DNA of 49,997 nucleotides from Minisyncoccota bacterium. GTDB taxonomy: Bacteria; Patescibacteriota; Minisyncoccia; Phycocordibacterales; UBA9973. Below are positions 26,125 through 33,681 of the stretch, piece after piece; positions within the stretch are counted from its first letter, which is position 1; every line of letters begins with the position of its first letter. Position numbers and translations under genes: made by a program. The stretch covers positions 1 to 49,997 of the forward strand of contig DALYDX010000002.1 of NCBI GenBank assembly GCA_031972835.1, read 5' to 3'. The notes beneath the pieces were generated by a model, which saw nothing but the letters and a program-made list of their open reading frames with translations, was not told the DNA's origin and searched no databases.

Positions 26125-26178
26125 CCGACGCACAATAAAAAAATCCCAAGTATTTGGGATTTTTTTATTGTGCGTCGG
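26125..26178. repeat. perfect hairpin of about 25 bp whose right arm includes the tRNA-Tyr 3' acceptor strand
   Basis: CCGACGCACAATAAAAAAATCCCAA-gtat-TTGGGATTTTTTTATTGTGCGTCGG. Confidence 0.85.
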
Positions 26179-26253
26179 GCAGGATTTGAACCTGCGTAGC
26201 CCGAAGGCGACAGATTTACAGTCTGTTGTAATTGACCACTCTACCACCGACGC
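26171..26253 (-). tRNA. tRNA-Tyr (anticodon GTA), long variable arm
   Basis: Acceptor GCGTCGG/CCGACGC, anticodon loop CTGTAAA, variable arm with GCC-ttcg-GGC, T-arm GCAGG-TTCAAAT-CCTGC. Confidence 0.92.
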
Positions 26254-26303
26254 ATAATTTAGAACAAAGTTATTATACTCAAAATATGAAAATTGTCTAA
26301 CTA

Positions 26304-26336
26304 GATAAAAAAATAATCCCCCGCAGAGTGCGGGGA
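26304..26336 (-). terminator. intrinsic terminator after the 26360..26791 gene
   Basis: The minus strand reads CCCCGC-actct-GCGGGG followed by a T-run. Confidence 0.7.
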
Positions 26337-26359
26337 ATATGAGTTTATGGAGATTAGAG

Positions 26360-26791
26360 TTATAAATCTCCGAGTTGTTTTTTTACGCCATTTGTTACAA
26401 AATCGCCGACTGTGGCCCGATGCTTGGCGTTGTCCACCAGTTTCACCGCGGCTTGGTCTGATCCACCTTTAGCAATCGCAATCTCTCGACGAGTCATACC
26501 CATCATTGGGTTTGACTTGAGTTTTTTTGCGATTTCGCGGGCTTTGTTTTCTTCCTCCTCAGTTAGCAATGATTCGGCTTCTGTGCCAATAAGACCTTTT
26601 AAGCGACCGTATTCATTGGTCGGGGGAAGGATCCCCATACTTAAAGTTTTTTTCCATACCAAGTACTTAAAGTCCTTTGTTACAAAAAAGCACACGCCAT
26701 GGAAATTCACAAAGAAATTTCCAGATTGAGTTAACAATTTTTTGCCAGGGTTTTTAAACACCTGTTTTCCAATATTCAATTTTTTTTCCAT
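26360..26791 (-). CDS. hypothetical protein (143 aa)
   Basis: An ORF bracketed by a consensus promoter and a terminator. I recognise no motif. Confidence 0.5.
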   Translation of the reverse strand: MEKKLNIGKQVFKNPGKKLLTQSGNFFVNFHGVCFFVTKDFKYLVWKKTLSMGILPPTNEYGRLKGLIGTEAESLLTEEEENKAREIAKKLKSNPMMGMTRREIAIAKGGSDQAAVKLVDNAKHRATVGDFVTNGVKKQLGDL

Positions 26792-26811
26792 TTGTCTTTA
26801 CGTTTGCTAGT

Positions 26812-26840
26812 ATTATAGCATATACAATACAAAAAGTCAA
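26812..26840 (-). promoter_or_regulatory. promoter TTGACT-17-(TGC)TATAAT
   Basis: Read on the minus strand, 21 nt upstream of the ATG at 26791. Confidence 0.7.
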
Positions 26841-26906
26841 ATAGTATTAAATCCCGGTATTATTGGTATAATTCGTCTGTAGATTATTACTTAATCAGAT
26901 AAACAT

Positions 26907-27137
26907 ATGGCATTTGATGGAGAACTTAAAATACGAAGTGGTTCAAACTATGAGCGTGCTTTAAAAGAGCTTCAGGAGGGAGAAAGTACGCTAGATTACA
27001 AAGAGAAAGATGGTCGTTATTTTGCCTATGGCCGAGAATTGACCAAGGAAGAATATGATAAATTTCTCGAAAAGGTAAATATGGCCTTGGATATAAAGAT
27101 AGAAGCTAAAAAGCAGGATCTAGAACAGGCTGCCTAA
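26907..27137 (+). CDS. hypothetical protein (76 aa)
   Basis: ORF only. The protein is charged and helical-looking. Confidence 0.4.
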   Translation: MAFDGELKIRSGSNYERALKELQEGESTLDYKEKDGRYFAYGRELTKEEYDKFLEKVNMALDIKIEAKKQDLEQAA

Positions 27138-27184
27138 GCCCGGACTTGCTTCACTAACAGCAATATGTTACATTCTTACTACTT

Positions 27185-27340
27185 ATGGCACAAGATAAAC
27201 TGATTAAAATCGTACACAAACCTACTGGAGAGGTGTATTGGACTCGCAAAAACAAGAAATTGGTGACTCGTAAAATCGAGCTCAAGAAATACTCTCGAAA
27301 GCTCCGAAAACAAGTAGTTTTCAAAGAAGCAAAGAAGTAA
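27185..27340 (+). CDS. rpmG: 50S ribosomal protein L33 (Cys-less form)
   Basis: Own translation: MAQDKLIKIVHKPTGEVYWTRKNKKLVTRKIELKKYSRKLRKQVVFKEAKK. It has the L33 signature T.KNKK....ELKKY...RK...KE.K. It falls below the 60-aa cut-off of the ORF track. Confidence 0.8.
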   Translation: MAQDKLIKIVHKPTGEVYWTRKNKKLVTRKIELKKYSRKLRKQVVFKEAKK

Positions 27341-27341
27341 G

Positions 27342-27369
27342 AAAAAACCCCACAGATGCGGGGTTTTTT
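27342..27369 (+). terminator. intrinsic terminator after rpmG
   Basis: AAAACCCCAC-agat-GCGGGGTTTT. Confidence 0.75.
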
Positions 27370-27371
27370 CT

Positions 27372-27400
27372 TTGACAAAAGATAAATTTTGTGCTAAAAT
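27372..27400 (+). promoter_or_regulatory. promoter TTGACA-17-(TGC)TAAAAT
   Basis: Lies upstream of the gene at 27424. Confidence 0.65.
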
Positions 27401-27423
27401 AGACTCAGACAAAATTTAAAAAC

Positions 27424-28788
27424 ATGAAGAGAATAAATACAGGCATTCAATACGGCTTAGCGGTCATTGGCAAAGGTATCGGAGGAACTTCGATAATAAA
27501 TGTATTTGCAAATTACACAAATGTTGAAAATATTATAATTTTCGACAAAGAAAAAGGAACTGCAAAAGGCAATTCCCACCCATCCCAGAATTCTCAAACG
27601 CTCCACACGGGAGATATTGAGACAAACTACTCTTACGGCAGGTCTGTAATTGTAGAAGCAGAGACGAGTGTAACTGCGAAACATCTAGAGCTTTTTGCAC
27701 CAGAGGCGTATCGTTTAGATCAAAAGATGGTTATCGGTGTAGGTGAGGAAGAGGTTAAGCTTTTAACAGAACGCTTCGCTTCTATAAAACATCTCTACCC
27801 GAAGCTCCGATTGATCGGAAGAGAGGAAATAGAAATCCTCGAGCCCAACGTTATAAAGGGAAGAGATCCGAAAATTCCAATCTGTGCCCTGCAGACTATT
27901 GGTTACACTGTGAATTTTCAAAAGCTTGCAATGTCGCTTTTAGCTCAAGCCAAAAAGACTGGTAAAAATATAAAAGTTTGCACTGGTGTTTTTGTGGAGA
28001 AAATTTACAAAATTGAGGGTGGCTATAAAATAGTAACTGCTCAAGGTAGTTATACTGCCAAAAAGTTGATAGTTATGGCTGCTGGTCGCAGTCTACTATT
28101 TGCAAAACAGTTAGGTTACGGTAATCATTTAGGTTTACTGCCCGTAGCTGGAAACTTTTATTTTGCAAAGGAATTGTACTTACTAAATGGCAAAGTATAT
28201 ACAGTACAGAATCCAAAATTGCCATTTGCAGCAGTGCATGGCGACGTTGAAATCGGAGACGAATCTATTACAAGGTTTGGTCCTACGGCAAAAGTATTGC
28301 CTGTACTAGAAAGACGTAAGGGGTTGAATAGTTTCTTTGCCTTTCTGAAAACTTCTGTATGGACAGTGAAAGGGGTTTTGAGTCTGTTCAAAGTTATCTC
28401 TGACAAGACTTTGTTCTTGTATGTGATAAAGAACATGCTTTATGATATTCCATATTTGGGAAAGTATTTATTTTTGTTGCAGGCAAGGAAAGTTGTTCCA
28501 AGCCTAAAATACAATTCTATCTACAAAGCAAAGAAAACCGGTGGTATGCGGCATCAGTTGCTCGACACTAGAACAGGCAAGATGGAGATGGAGAAAACGG
28601 AGATAATAGACAGAGATGTTATCTTCAATATCTCACATTCTCCGGGTGCATCAGTAGATTTCAAAAAAGCATATGACTATGCCAAATTGATCACAGAAGC
28701 TTCGAATGGAGAATTTACATTCGATCAAGAAGCCTGGGATGCAATATATGCGAAAAAAGAAATCAAAAAAGAAGAATTGGTTTCATAA
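27424..28788 (+). CDS. FAD-dependent oxidoreductase (malate:quinone oxidoreductase / L-2-hydroxyglutarate oxidase-like)
   Basis: N-terminal dinucleotide-binding motif VIGKGIGGTS. Its length of about 450 aa and the C-terminal SPGAS segment resemble the Mqo family. The assignment is from memory of family features. Confidence 0.55.
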   Translation: MKRINTGIQYGLAVIGKGIGGTSIINVFANYTNVENIIIFDKEKGTAKGNSHPSQNSQTLHTGDIETNYSYGRSVIVEAETSVTAKHLELFAPEAYRLDQKMVIGVGEEEVKLLTERFASIKHLYPKLRLIGREEIEILEPNVIKGRDPKIPICALQTIGYTVNFQKLAMSLLAQAKKTGKNIKVCTGVFVEKIYKIEGGYKIVTAQGSYTAKKLIVMAAGRSLLFAKQLGYGNHLGLLPVAGNFYFAKELYLLNGKVYTVQNPKLPFAAVHGDVEIGDESITRFGPTAKVLPVLERRKGLNSFFAFLKTSVWTVKGVLSLFKVISDKTLFLYVIKNMLYDIPYLGKYLFLLQARKVVPSLKYNSIYKAKKTGGMRHQLLDTRTGKMEMEKTEIIDRDVIFNISHSPGASVDFKKAYDYAKLITEASNGEFTFDQEAWDAIYAKKEIKKEELVS

Positions 28789-28793
28789 ATTTA

Positions 28794-28820
28794 AAAAGCT
28801 CGGATTAATTCTGAGCTTTT
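28794..28820 (+). terminator. intrinsic terminator
   Basis: AAAAGCTCGG-attaatt-CTGAGCTTTT. Confidence 0.7.
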
Positions 28821-28867
28821 CTTTTTGCTCGAGGATGCAATCTGGTGTATACTCAGCCAATAAATAA

Positions 28868-28938
28868 GGGCCTATAGTTCAGTGGTAGAATTTCGGTCTC
28901 CAAAACCGACGACAGAGGTTCGAATCCTCTTGGGCCCG
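28868..28938 (+). tRNA. tRNA-Trp (anticodon CCA)
   Basis: Acceptor GGGCCTA/TGGGCCC, anticodon loop CTCCAAA, T-arm AGAGG-TTCGAAT-CCTCT. Confidence 0.92.
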
Positions 28939-29011
28939 CAGAATCGTGATAGCACGAGATATGTTGTTTAAATGCATGTCGTACTAGCACAAATTAGAAA
29001 TAAGAAGATAG

Positions 29012-29042
29012 CAAAAAACACGAAATTAATTTCGTGTTTTTT
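29012..29042. terminator. intrinsic terminator (bidirectional shape)
   Basis: AAAAAACACGAAAT-ta-ATTTCGTGTTTTTT. Confidence 0.75.
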
Positions 29043-29056
29043 TGTTTATAAATTAG

Positions 29057-30268
29057 TTATTTAATCGACTCTTTGATTTTTTTTGCTAAAATTTGACTGT
29101 AACTTTTATTCTCTCCACCAACGACTTCGTCTTTCCCTACACTCTTTTGGTCTAGGTCTGTGCTAAAAAATTGTTCCGCAACCTGCAAAGCCAATTCTGC
29201 ATCGGCTTGTGAGCCACCGTGCATAACAATCTGATCATTTAATCTAACACCTTGCTCTGATAAATCTTGGAAAATTTTGATATCGCCGTTGTATTTTGCG
29301 TCACGAAGAGCTGTCATAAATTGCGTAAATCTTTCAGGGGTTAAAGTATTTAGGTCTTTCACAGAAACATATGACTTATAAGTTTCGCTACTCTTTTCTC
29401 CTGTTCCATTATTGATTCCAAAAAACAACCAAGAATTGGAATCCTTTGTTCCTTGTCGCACTCTTATATTTTCGGAAAGAAAGCGGTTTTCTTGCCCAGC
29501 CTTTTGTTGTATCTCATAACAAAATTTTGCAAAAGCTTTTTCTGATTCTTCTTTGATTTGTGCTTTTTTTTCTCTATTTGTTAAAACAATTTCTTCAACA
29601 GAAGTACCCATGCGCTGCCACGGGGCAACCCTCAATTGATCATCATCAATAGCTAACGAGTTTTGTATTGCAAAATCGACATATTCTTCTCTGGAAATTT
29701 TTGATAAATCTACACCTTGCTGTTTTGCAATTTTTGCCAATTCATAGCTAGCAGTCCATCCATGTAGCTTTTTCCTTTCTTCAATACTCAATGCCGGTAA
29801 TTTTTCTTGCTTAGAAACAGCGGGCAGTTTTTCTTGATTTTCCATAGTTTCAACTGATTTAGTCACTCCTAGCTGTTCTCTTAATTCTGCAATCTTTTGC
29901 TGATCAGATTGATGTCTTTCTTCTTTTCCTTTCTCCGCAGATTCTTTTTCTCTCAATACAGCAAGCGCTCTTGCTTTCTTTTCTTTTAATTCTTTCGTTT
30001 TCTCTTGATCGACGTATTCAGGAAATGTCCAAATAAAATCAAGAGTTTCAGAATCTAAACCTCGGTATTGTGCAGGAATTTCACTTATCTCTTGCTCTGG
30101 TTTTTCTTCTGATGTTTCGTTTAGTCTTTTTTCAATACCCGATTTAAAGGATTCTGGTAGACCTTGAAAAATCGAATCCTTAGATTCTCCCTTTTTAATA
30201 CGATTAACGTATTCCTCAATTTTTTGCTCCGCACCCAGTAAGGAGTTTTTATTGTCCAAGGATTCCAT
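29057..30268 (-). CDS. hypothetical protein (403 aa): E/K-rich low-complexity N-half plus globular C-terminal domain
   Basis: The N-half is charged and contains the tandem QEKLPAVSK/QEKLPALSI. The C-half (about residues 170-403) looks globular. No secure family assignment. Confidence 0.55.
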   Translation of the reverse strand: MESLDNKNSLLGAEQKIEEYVNRIKKGESKDSIFQGLPESFKSGIEKRLNETSEEKPEQEISEIPAQYRGLDSETLDFIWTFPEYVDQEKTKELKEKKARALAVLREKESAEKGKEERHQSDQQKIAELREQLGVTKSVETMENQEKLPAVSKQEKLPALSIEERKKLHGWTASYELAKIAKQQGVDLSKISREEYVDFAIQNSLAIDDDQLRVAPWQRMGTSVEEIVLTNREKKAQIKEESEKAFAKFCYEIQQKAGQENRFLSENIRVRQGTKDSNSWLFFGINNGTGEKSSETYKSYVSVKDLNTLTPERFTQFMTALRDAKYNGDIKIFQDLSEQGVRLNDQIVMHGGSQADAELALQVAEQFFSTDLDQKSVGKDEVVGGENKSYSQILAKKIKESIK

Positions 30269-30297
30269 AAAGTATTTTTACTTTACCATTTTTTGAT

Positions 30298-31617
30298 CTA
30301 TTTTTCAAGAGTAATTTCTTTGTTACTCAAAACTATCCTACTCTTCAAACACCCCAGCAATTCTCTTTTCTCAATATCACTTCCTTCCTTTAATACATAT
30401 CTAGCATATCCTCGAATATCAATATTTGATATTTTGGGTTTTTCCTTAGTTCCTAAGAAGAAATTTTGTAGGTTTGTAAATTTTTCAACATCAGCTTTTA
30501 TCTTTTCTTTAATTTGAATCTCATTAATATTTATTTTTTCAATTAATTCTTCAAATTGTTTGAGTATTTCTTTTTCTTCGGTATAGCCACATTTACAATC
30601 AGCTTTCTGAGATTTTGTACATCCGTAATATACATATCTATGAACATTCCCATTCTTCTGTTTTTTGAATTTTTCATCGGCTGTAATACTTGAACCACAT
30701 AATCCACAGGTCATCATTTTAGTAAAGGCAAACTCTTTGTTTTCTACACGGAGGACTTGGCTTCGTATTTGTACTTGAACTTGATCATATAGCTCTTTGG
30801 TAATAAGTGGCTCATGTTTACCAGTGTACCAATTACCACTTTTCCTTGGATATTCAAAGATTCCATGATAAAAGTGATTTCCCAATATTTTGTATATATT
30901 ACCTAGACTTAGATGCTTCTTCCCATAAGCAGTTCTAAAGTTTAAATCAAACCTTAGCCAGTTATATACCTTTCTTCCACTCCAATGCTCATAGGCTACT
31001 TTTTCAAACATTTTCTTGATTATGGGTGCTCGTTCTGGATCAACTAATGTCTCACACTTCCTATCCATTCTTTTCTCTTTTAAGTATCCAGTTGGTGCAG
31101 GGGCAGGCCATAGTCCCATCTCTACTCTAGTTCTTAACCCTCGTTTTACATTTACACTTTTGTTATCATTCTCTAGTTTTGCTTGAGAACATAAAATCAT
31201 TAGTAGAAATTTTTCATTTGGTGAGTTCTTAAAATGTTGTCCGTAAGTGCGAATCTCTAATAGTAACTTCTGGTCCATTAAGTCGACAACACTCCCTAAG
31301 TCGCCAGCGTTTCTACTTAATCTATCTGGTGCCCAAGTAAGTATTCCATTAAATCTCCCTCGCCTGATATCTTCCAGTATTTCTTTGTATACTGGTCGTT
31401 GCCCTGATTCTTTTGCTGAATGCGATTCTCGCCTTATCTCTACAATTTCCAAGTTTTCTCTTTCTGCTAATTCAAGCATTTCTTTAATCTGTGAATCAAT
31501 TGAAAGAACCTGCCGTTCTTCTGATTCAGTAGATTTACGAGCATACAGTACATATCTAATCTTTTGTATTGGTGCTAATATCTCTTTATTAATCCTAGCT
31601 GTTGTATATGTTTCCAT
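30298..31617 (-). CDS. large serine recombinase
   Basis: N-terminal resolvase catalytic domain (VLYARKSTESEERQVLSIDSQ, then R..L..R). It also has a recombinase domain and a zinc ribbon (CGLCGSS...YYGCT...CKCG). 439 aa. Confidence 0.85.
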   Translation of the reverse strand: METYTTARINKEILAPIQKIRYVLYARKSTESEERQVLSIDSQIKEMLELAERENLEIVEIRRESHSAKESGQRPVYKEILEDIRRGRFNGILTWAPDRLSRNAGDLGSVVDLMDQKLLLEIRTYGQHFKNSPNEKFLLMILCSQAKLENDNKSVNVKRGLRTRVEMGLWPAPAPTGYLKEKRMDRKCETLVDPERAPIIKKMFEKVAYEHWSGRKVYNWLRFDLNFRTAYGKKHLSLGNIYKILGNHFYHGIFEYPRKSGNWYTGKHEPLITKELYDQVQVQIRSQVLRVENKEFAFTKMMTCGLCGSSITADEKFKKQKNGNVHRYVYYGCTKSQKADCKCGYTEEKEILKQFEELIEKININEIQIKEKIKADVEKFTNLQNFFLGTKEKPKISNIDIRGYARYVLKEGSDIEKRELLGCLKSRIVLSNKEITLEK

Positions 31618-31880
31618 ATACCAATGGTGTCAGAGAAAGAGGGTTTTGCTAAGTCTATGCAGAACTAGGGATTCGTCGCATAGTCGTACCCAAAATAGTG
31701 ACATTTATGTGTAACTTTATATGTCGAAGTAGTGTCACTTTTGTCACTTTTTGGTTCGCACGAGGAGCGTCGTTGTGATAATATGGAAGATATCCCCAAA
31801 GCCCTACAGGTCTTATTACTGAAAGGTTCTAACACGAGGATCTCCGCTATAAATATATTTTAAATACTAAAATATCCTAA

Positions 31881-32348
31881 ATGTTTAAGTTTAAAGAAAT
31901 AACTAATGACGTTCATTTTTTGAAAGAATCTTCAAAAATTATTAGAGAGTATTCTTGGGGTTTGGATTATCCGGTTGATCCGCTATATGAACTTAAAGGG
32001 TCTGATTTTGTTATTGGTTGCTTTGATGATGATAAACTAATTGGATTAGCATCACTTAATCGAATTGCAAGTCCTGACAAGATAGACAACGGATTTATTT
32101 GGTTTGCCAACTCTGTGATTGTTCCTGGTTACCGTGAGAATGGAATATATACCGAATTTTACAATCGACGTGCTCGGTATATTAAAGACAGTAAAGAATC
32201 TATTGTATTTACATGTACAGACAATCCTATTGTTGAGAGGTTTTTAAAGAAAAGAGGTTGGGTTGTTCGACGTATAACAAAAGATGAGTCAGGAGGTGAA
32301 TGTAAAGTTTTCGAGATTAATCCAGATATATTGCTTAATTTTTCTTAA
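31881..32348 (+). CDS. GNAT-family N-acetyltransferase (probable)
   Basis: The size (155 aa) fits, and the motif-A-like segment VIVPGYRENGIYTEFYNRR sits in the expected position. Confidence 0.5.
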   Translation: MFKFKEITNDVHFLKESSKIIREYSWGLDYPVDPLYELKGSDFVIGCFDDDKLIGLASLNRIASPDKIDNGFIWFANSVIVPGYRENGIYTEFYNRRARYIKDSKESIVFTCTDNPIVERFLKKRGWVVRRITKDESGGECKVFEINPDILLNFS

Positions 32349-33174
32349 ACCAAGTTCTCTGGCGTTTTGCATATTGCCAGATCGCGGTTTCGAGCTCGGA
32401 GATCATTTGTTTTTTTGAAATTTTACCCTGCAAATACATAGCGGTATAACGACACTCAAGACCTAGTTCGTTCATACGTTTCCAAGACACTCCAGAATCA
32501 TGGAGTTTTTTTGCTTCACGGAGCATGCCGAGCTTTACGCGCTCGAGTAGGCGAGTATGAATATTCTTTTTCAATAATTCATCGGGTAGATCTATATAAA
32601 AATCAAACACTTCATATTTTGGCTTTGATTGGATTTTTGGGACAGAGCCGATTGATTTTGCGATTTCTATAGCGCGAACAAGACGCACTCTGTTTTTTGT
32701 ATCTATAGTTTTGAATCTTTTTGAATCAAGTTTCTTGAGGGTTTCGCAAAGTTTCTCGGTGGAATATTTTTCAAGTTTTTTGCGGAGCTCTGTGTTCGAT
32801 GGAACTTCAGGTAAAATAATTCCTTTTGTAACTGCGTCTATATAGAATCCGGTTCCTCCGACAAGTATTGGTAGATTGCCACGCTCGTGTATTTTATCGA
32901 TTGCACGTTCGGCATCTTTTTTGAAATCTGAAACTGAATAAACTTTTTTTGGATTCACAAACGAGAGTATGTGGTGGGGTATTGCACCCATCTCTTTTTT
33001 TGTAACTTTACCCGAAAGTAAATCAAGTCCACGATATACCTGTCTAGAATCAGCAGAGACTACCTCAGAAGTGATACTGTGCTTTTTTAGATACTTGGCT
33101 AAAGCAATACTAGCCCCAGTTTTTCCTGAAGATGTTGGACCTGATATAGAGATTATAGGGAGTTTTTTTGGCAC
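32335..33174 (-). CDS. miaA: tRNA dimethylallyltransferase
   Basis: P-loop ISGPTSSGKT, DSRQVYRGLD and PHHIL. The length is typical of short MiaA proteins. Confidence 0.92.
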   Translation of the reverse strand: MPKKLPIISISGPTSSGKTGASIALAKYLKKHSITSEVVSADSRQVYRGLDLLSGKVTKKEMGAIPHHILSFVNPKKVYSVSDFKKDAERAIDKIHERGNLPILVGGTGFYIDAVTKGIILPEVPSNTELRKKLEKYSTEKLCETLKKLDSKRFKTIDTKNRVRLVRAIEIAKSIGSVPKIQSKPKYEVFDFYIDLPDELLKKNIHTRLLERVKLGMLREAKKLHDSGVSWKRMNELGLECRYTAMYLQGKISKKQMISELETAIWQYAKRQRTWFKKN

Positions 33175-33282
33175 ACATTGATATTACGCAATGATTCATA
33201 AAGAATCAAATACCGTCTACCTAGGGTTGACTGAGTGAATATAAAAGTGTAGTTTTATAAAAAAAGTATTATATACGAAAAA

Positions 33283-33612
33283 TTGAAGAAAGATTTCTTT
33301 GAAGGTAAAAGCCTCAAAATATTGCTTAGTGAGCTTACTAGCCCAAGCCGAAGTATGGACGACAAGAGACACATCATGTCTTATATAGAAGATCGGTATG
33401 TTAGTATTGCTGATAATTTTGATCAAGCAAAAATAAAACTTGAGCAAGAAGGTCTGCCAAAAGACTCTCAGCAAAAGATATTAGCTGTCAGAAAAACAGC
33501 TAGGGATATGGCAACCGAATTAATAAACTTTGATTCTATAAATGGAATCGCAGATATCGACAAGATATTCAACCAACAAATGGAAGAACACAGGGATGTT
33601 GTAGAAGTCTGA
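33283..33612 (+). CDS. hypothetical protein (start uncertain: TTG 33283 or ATG 33355)
   Basis: ORF only. Confidence 0.4.
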   Translation: MKKDFFEGKSLKILLSELTSPSRSMDDKRHIMSYIEDRYVSIADNFDQAKIKLEQEGLPKDSQQKILAVRKTARDMATELINFDSINGIADIDKIFNQQMEEHRDVVEV

Positions 33613-33646
33613 TTTTTGAAGCTAAAATTGAGTAGGTTAAAAATGC

Positions 33647-33675
33647 TTGACAGGAGTATAGTGATATGCTATACT
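33647..33675 (+). promoter_or_regulatory. consensus promoter TTGACA-17-(TGC)TATACT
   Basis: Perfect -35, 17-nt spacer and an extended -10. Confidence 0.7.
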
Positions 33676-33681
33676 ACCCAA

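Larger units (their letters stand above)
28939..31880. mobile_element. possible integrated-element remnant next to tRNA-Trp (orphan cargo plus large serine recombinase)
   Basis: A recombinase gene and an orphan 403-aa gene sit directly 3' of a tRNA. I could not find flanking direct repeats by eye, so the boundaries are guesses. Confidence 0.3.
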
